From Tubulanus polymorphus (lineage: Eukaryota; Animalia; Nemertea): a DNA stretch of 64,000 bases. The notes below the pieces were generated by a model, which saw only the letters and a list, made by a program, of their open reading frames with translations, searched no databases and was not told where the DNA came from. Of this stretch, positions 61,637-64,000 are shown piece by piece; position 1 is the stretch's first letter; every line of letters begins with the position of its first letter. The stretch lies in the NCBI RefSeq assembly GCF_964204645.1, contig NC_134028.1:25912345-25976344 (forward strand), in the 5' to 3' direction. A program made the translations under genes and the position numbers.

Positions 61637-63908
61637 ATGGAACATTCTTACGATCAGATAAATGAAGAATCGTTGAAACAATTGGCTGATCAGAAAGAGC
61701 AAGAATGGAAACAGTTACAACAGATGAGGTAAAATTCTACTTGTTCTACATAGCTGATCCTAATTTAGCCTAGTTTGAATGTATTTGTAAGAGTTTGAAG
61801 AAAATCCACAGGTTCGGTGATTGATATAGTTTATAAAAGCAAGAATGCTTTTTACACATTGTGACTTAAATTTCAGAACTCAAACTTTGGAAGCTGCGTT
61901 CAGAGAAAAAGAAAAGTTGTACGTCGAAGAACACAACCGATTCATCAAACTGAAAGAAGATTTTAAATACAATCTAAAACTTTTAGAAGACAGAGACAAA
62001 GAGTTGGATAAATACGATGTTTTATTCAATGGTCAGTTGAAAATTCACTGTAGATAGTTGAATAGCCGATACACCAAAAAAAAAAGATGTCCTATTTGGA
62101 ATAGAATTATGGGTTTGCAAATCATATGCAAGGTTATGATAATGAGGTTCGACTAGAAATTTATGAGATAAGAATTTTTTATTAATGAATGCCACTAAGA
62201 TTCAAATTTAACCGTTTTAAGCTTAGAATTTTTTCTTGGAAACCTGACCCAGTTGTACTATCGTTTTTCACGTCATAGTTATAGGATATCTTGGATTTCT
62301 CGATATTCCGAGCATTGTCTCTATATATGGCTGTTGTTTACAGATATCAAAGCGAAGATGTCTGAGAAAGATGCGGAAATCAGCGAGTTGAAAATAAAGA
62401 TCGATGAATTGAATGTAACGATCAGTCGAGAGATACAAGAGAAGTCAGACGTGCAAACACGATATCAACAGAGAATCAAAGAAAAACAACTAGAACTCGA
62501 ACAGTACAGAACGTAAGTGTTGCAATTCCCCGTTGTATTTGGCTAAAATTTGTAATCAGTTCATTTCTATAGCTGCCAGGTCTTTTAACGTTATCTTGAT
62601 CATGGTTTTAAAAAACGATGTTGCCTCTTGCATTGTGATGATTTTTGTTATTTTGTCATTATTATTCAGGAATAAAGATAATGAAATAGACGTCGAACGA
62701 GCTGAACTAGAGTCGTATAAACGAGAAATCAACAGACGCATGTTGGAACTAGAACAAGAATTAGAAATACAAAAACATGAATTGAATGCCGGTTAGAAAA
62801 TTAATAAATCTTATTTCCAGGCGTCCGTTGCACAGTCGAGGCTTACATCTAAGACCAGTCTGAGCTACATTCCCGATCTAACATCTTAGGACTGGTCTAA
62901 GGTCATTTACCGCTCATAAGCAATCTTATGACTTAAGACGAGTGGAAGCTTATTTTGGCTCTATAGCCAATCTAACAACCAGGCTCATTCCAGAGACTTA
63001 TTTCACAACTGCTCTGGGGTCCAGTTCCACAGTTCCGAGTTAACTCATTGAAAATGAACTAACTTTCACTCAGATTTGTGGAACTGTGGAACTGGGTCCA
63101 GGTTAACTTCTTATCTGGTTCCAGAAGTTAAAGATAAGAACAATATTTGTTTGCATATTTTTCTAGGTTTTGATGACGTTTTGAGAAAACGTGAGCATGA
63201 GTTTCGTTTGAAAGTCGACGATCTTTCCAGCCAATGTCTGTCTTATGAAATCAAAGTAAGAAGCTTAATTCATAACTCTGAAAACAACACAATTCCTTGT
63301 TATTCCTTCAAATAGCCTCGGATTAATTTCACCAAATTCTAGGTGAAGTTATTGACAAAAGAACTTGAGTTGGTTAAGAATACCGAAATGAAAAATGCTG
63401 AGGAGATCGAAGCGATCGGTAATAATCATTGTGAGTTAGAGAAAAAACTCAAACAGAAGGAATGGGAACTTCAAGATACATCGGCAATTAAAGATGCCAA
63501 GTAAGTTCAGATCTGCTATGGTCGATTGAAAAATTATGTACAGGGTAGATAGGTGGGCAGCTGGGTCAACTTTTAAACTCAGAAAAGAAGAGAAACAAGC
63601 CTTATCGTACCATTTATCTGATGGTCTACTTAACCAACTTTTGAGTAAACTTTTGGTCCCCGAGTTAGATTTAACTCTTGGGCTAATAATCAAATGTACG
63701 TAGTTCATTTTCAAATACATGATTGTATTCATAATCAGCGTCAAACATTTACATAACTCTCACTGGAACCGCGTCCTGGTATTTTGTGAATTTCGCGCAA
63801 TCTTTTTGAAAATTCATTTCTAAAATTTTTTAGAATTGCCGAACTCGAAGGTAAAATACATCACAGCGAACTTACAGTGAAACGTATGAAAGAGGAATAT
63901 TGTAGAAA
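61637..63908 (+). CDS. CCDC57: Coiled-coil domain-containing protein 57 (centrosomal), 5' part (continues past right edge)
   Basis: KEQEWKQLQ, LKEDFKYNLKLLEDRDKELDKYD, AEISELKI, RKREHEFRLKVDDLS..YEIK|VKLLTKELE match the recalled CCDC57 N-terminus. Confidence 0.88.
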
Positions 63909-64000
63909 GTAAGTATATGTTACTGGCAGCAAATTTGTGATTCAAAAAATGCGCATTGTGGCCTATAACCGTATGTATTTCATTAAGAGCAATGATATCA

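Overview
AT-rich, intron-rich animal genomic DNA (probably an invertebrate; lophotrochozoan is a guess). Gene-dense, with about 14 spliced genes in seven consecutive head-to-head pairs: BPTF/ATG12, CFAP52/a 42-aa Cys-rich microprotein, FOXK/TEKT4, SAFB-SLTM/FAM227, deoxynucleoside kinase/RPL10A, FAM181-like/unknown gene, RINT1/CCDC57. BPTF and CCDC57 run off the window ends. Introns hold several MITE-like families and two minisatellites. Most notable: (1) an SGNH-fold exon resembling retrotransposon esterases, lacking catalytic residues and phase-compatible as an alternative last exon of SAFB/SLTM; (2) a microprotein gene missed by the ORF track; (3) three tandem SNORD45-like C/D snoRNAs in one RPL10A intron; (4) three U12 introns, one AT-AC; (5) a pre-miRNA-like hairpin; (6) an unknown gene with tandem RFX X-boxes. 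All calls come from manual reading and recalled family motifs. No searches were run, and exon coordinates may be off by a few bases.
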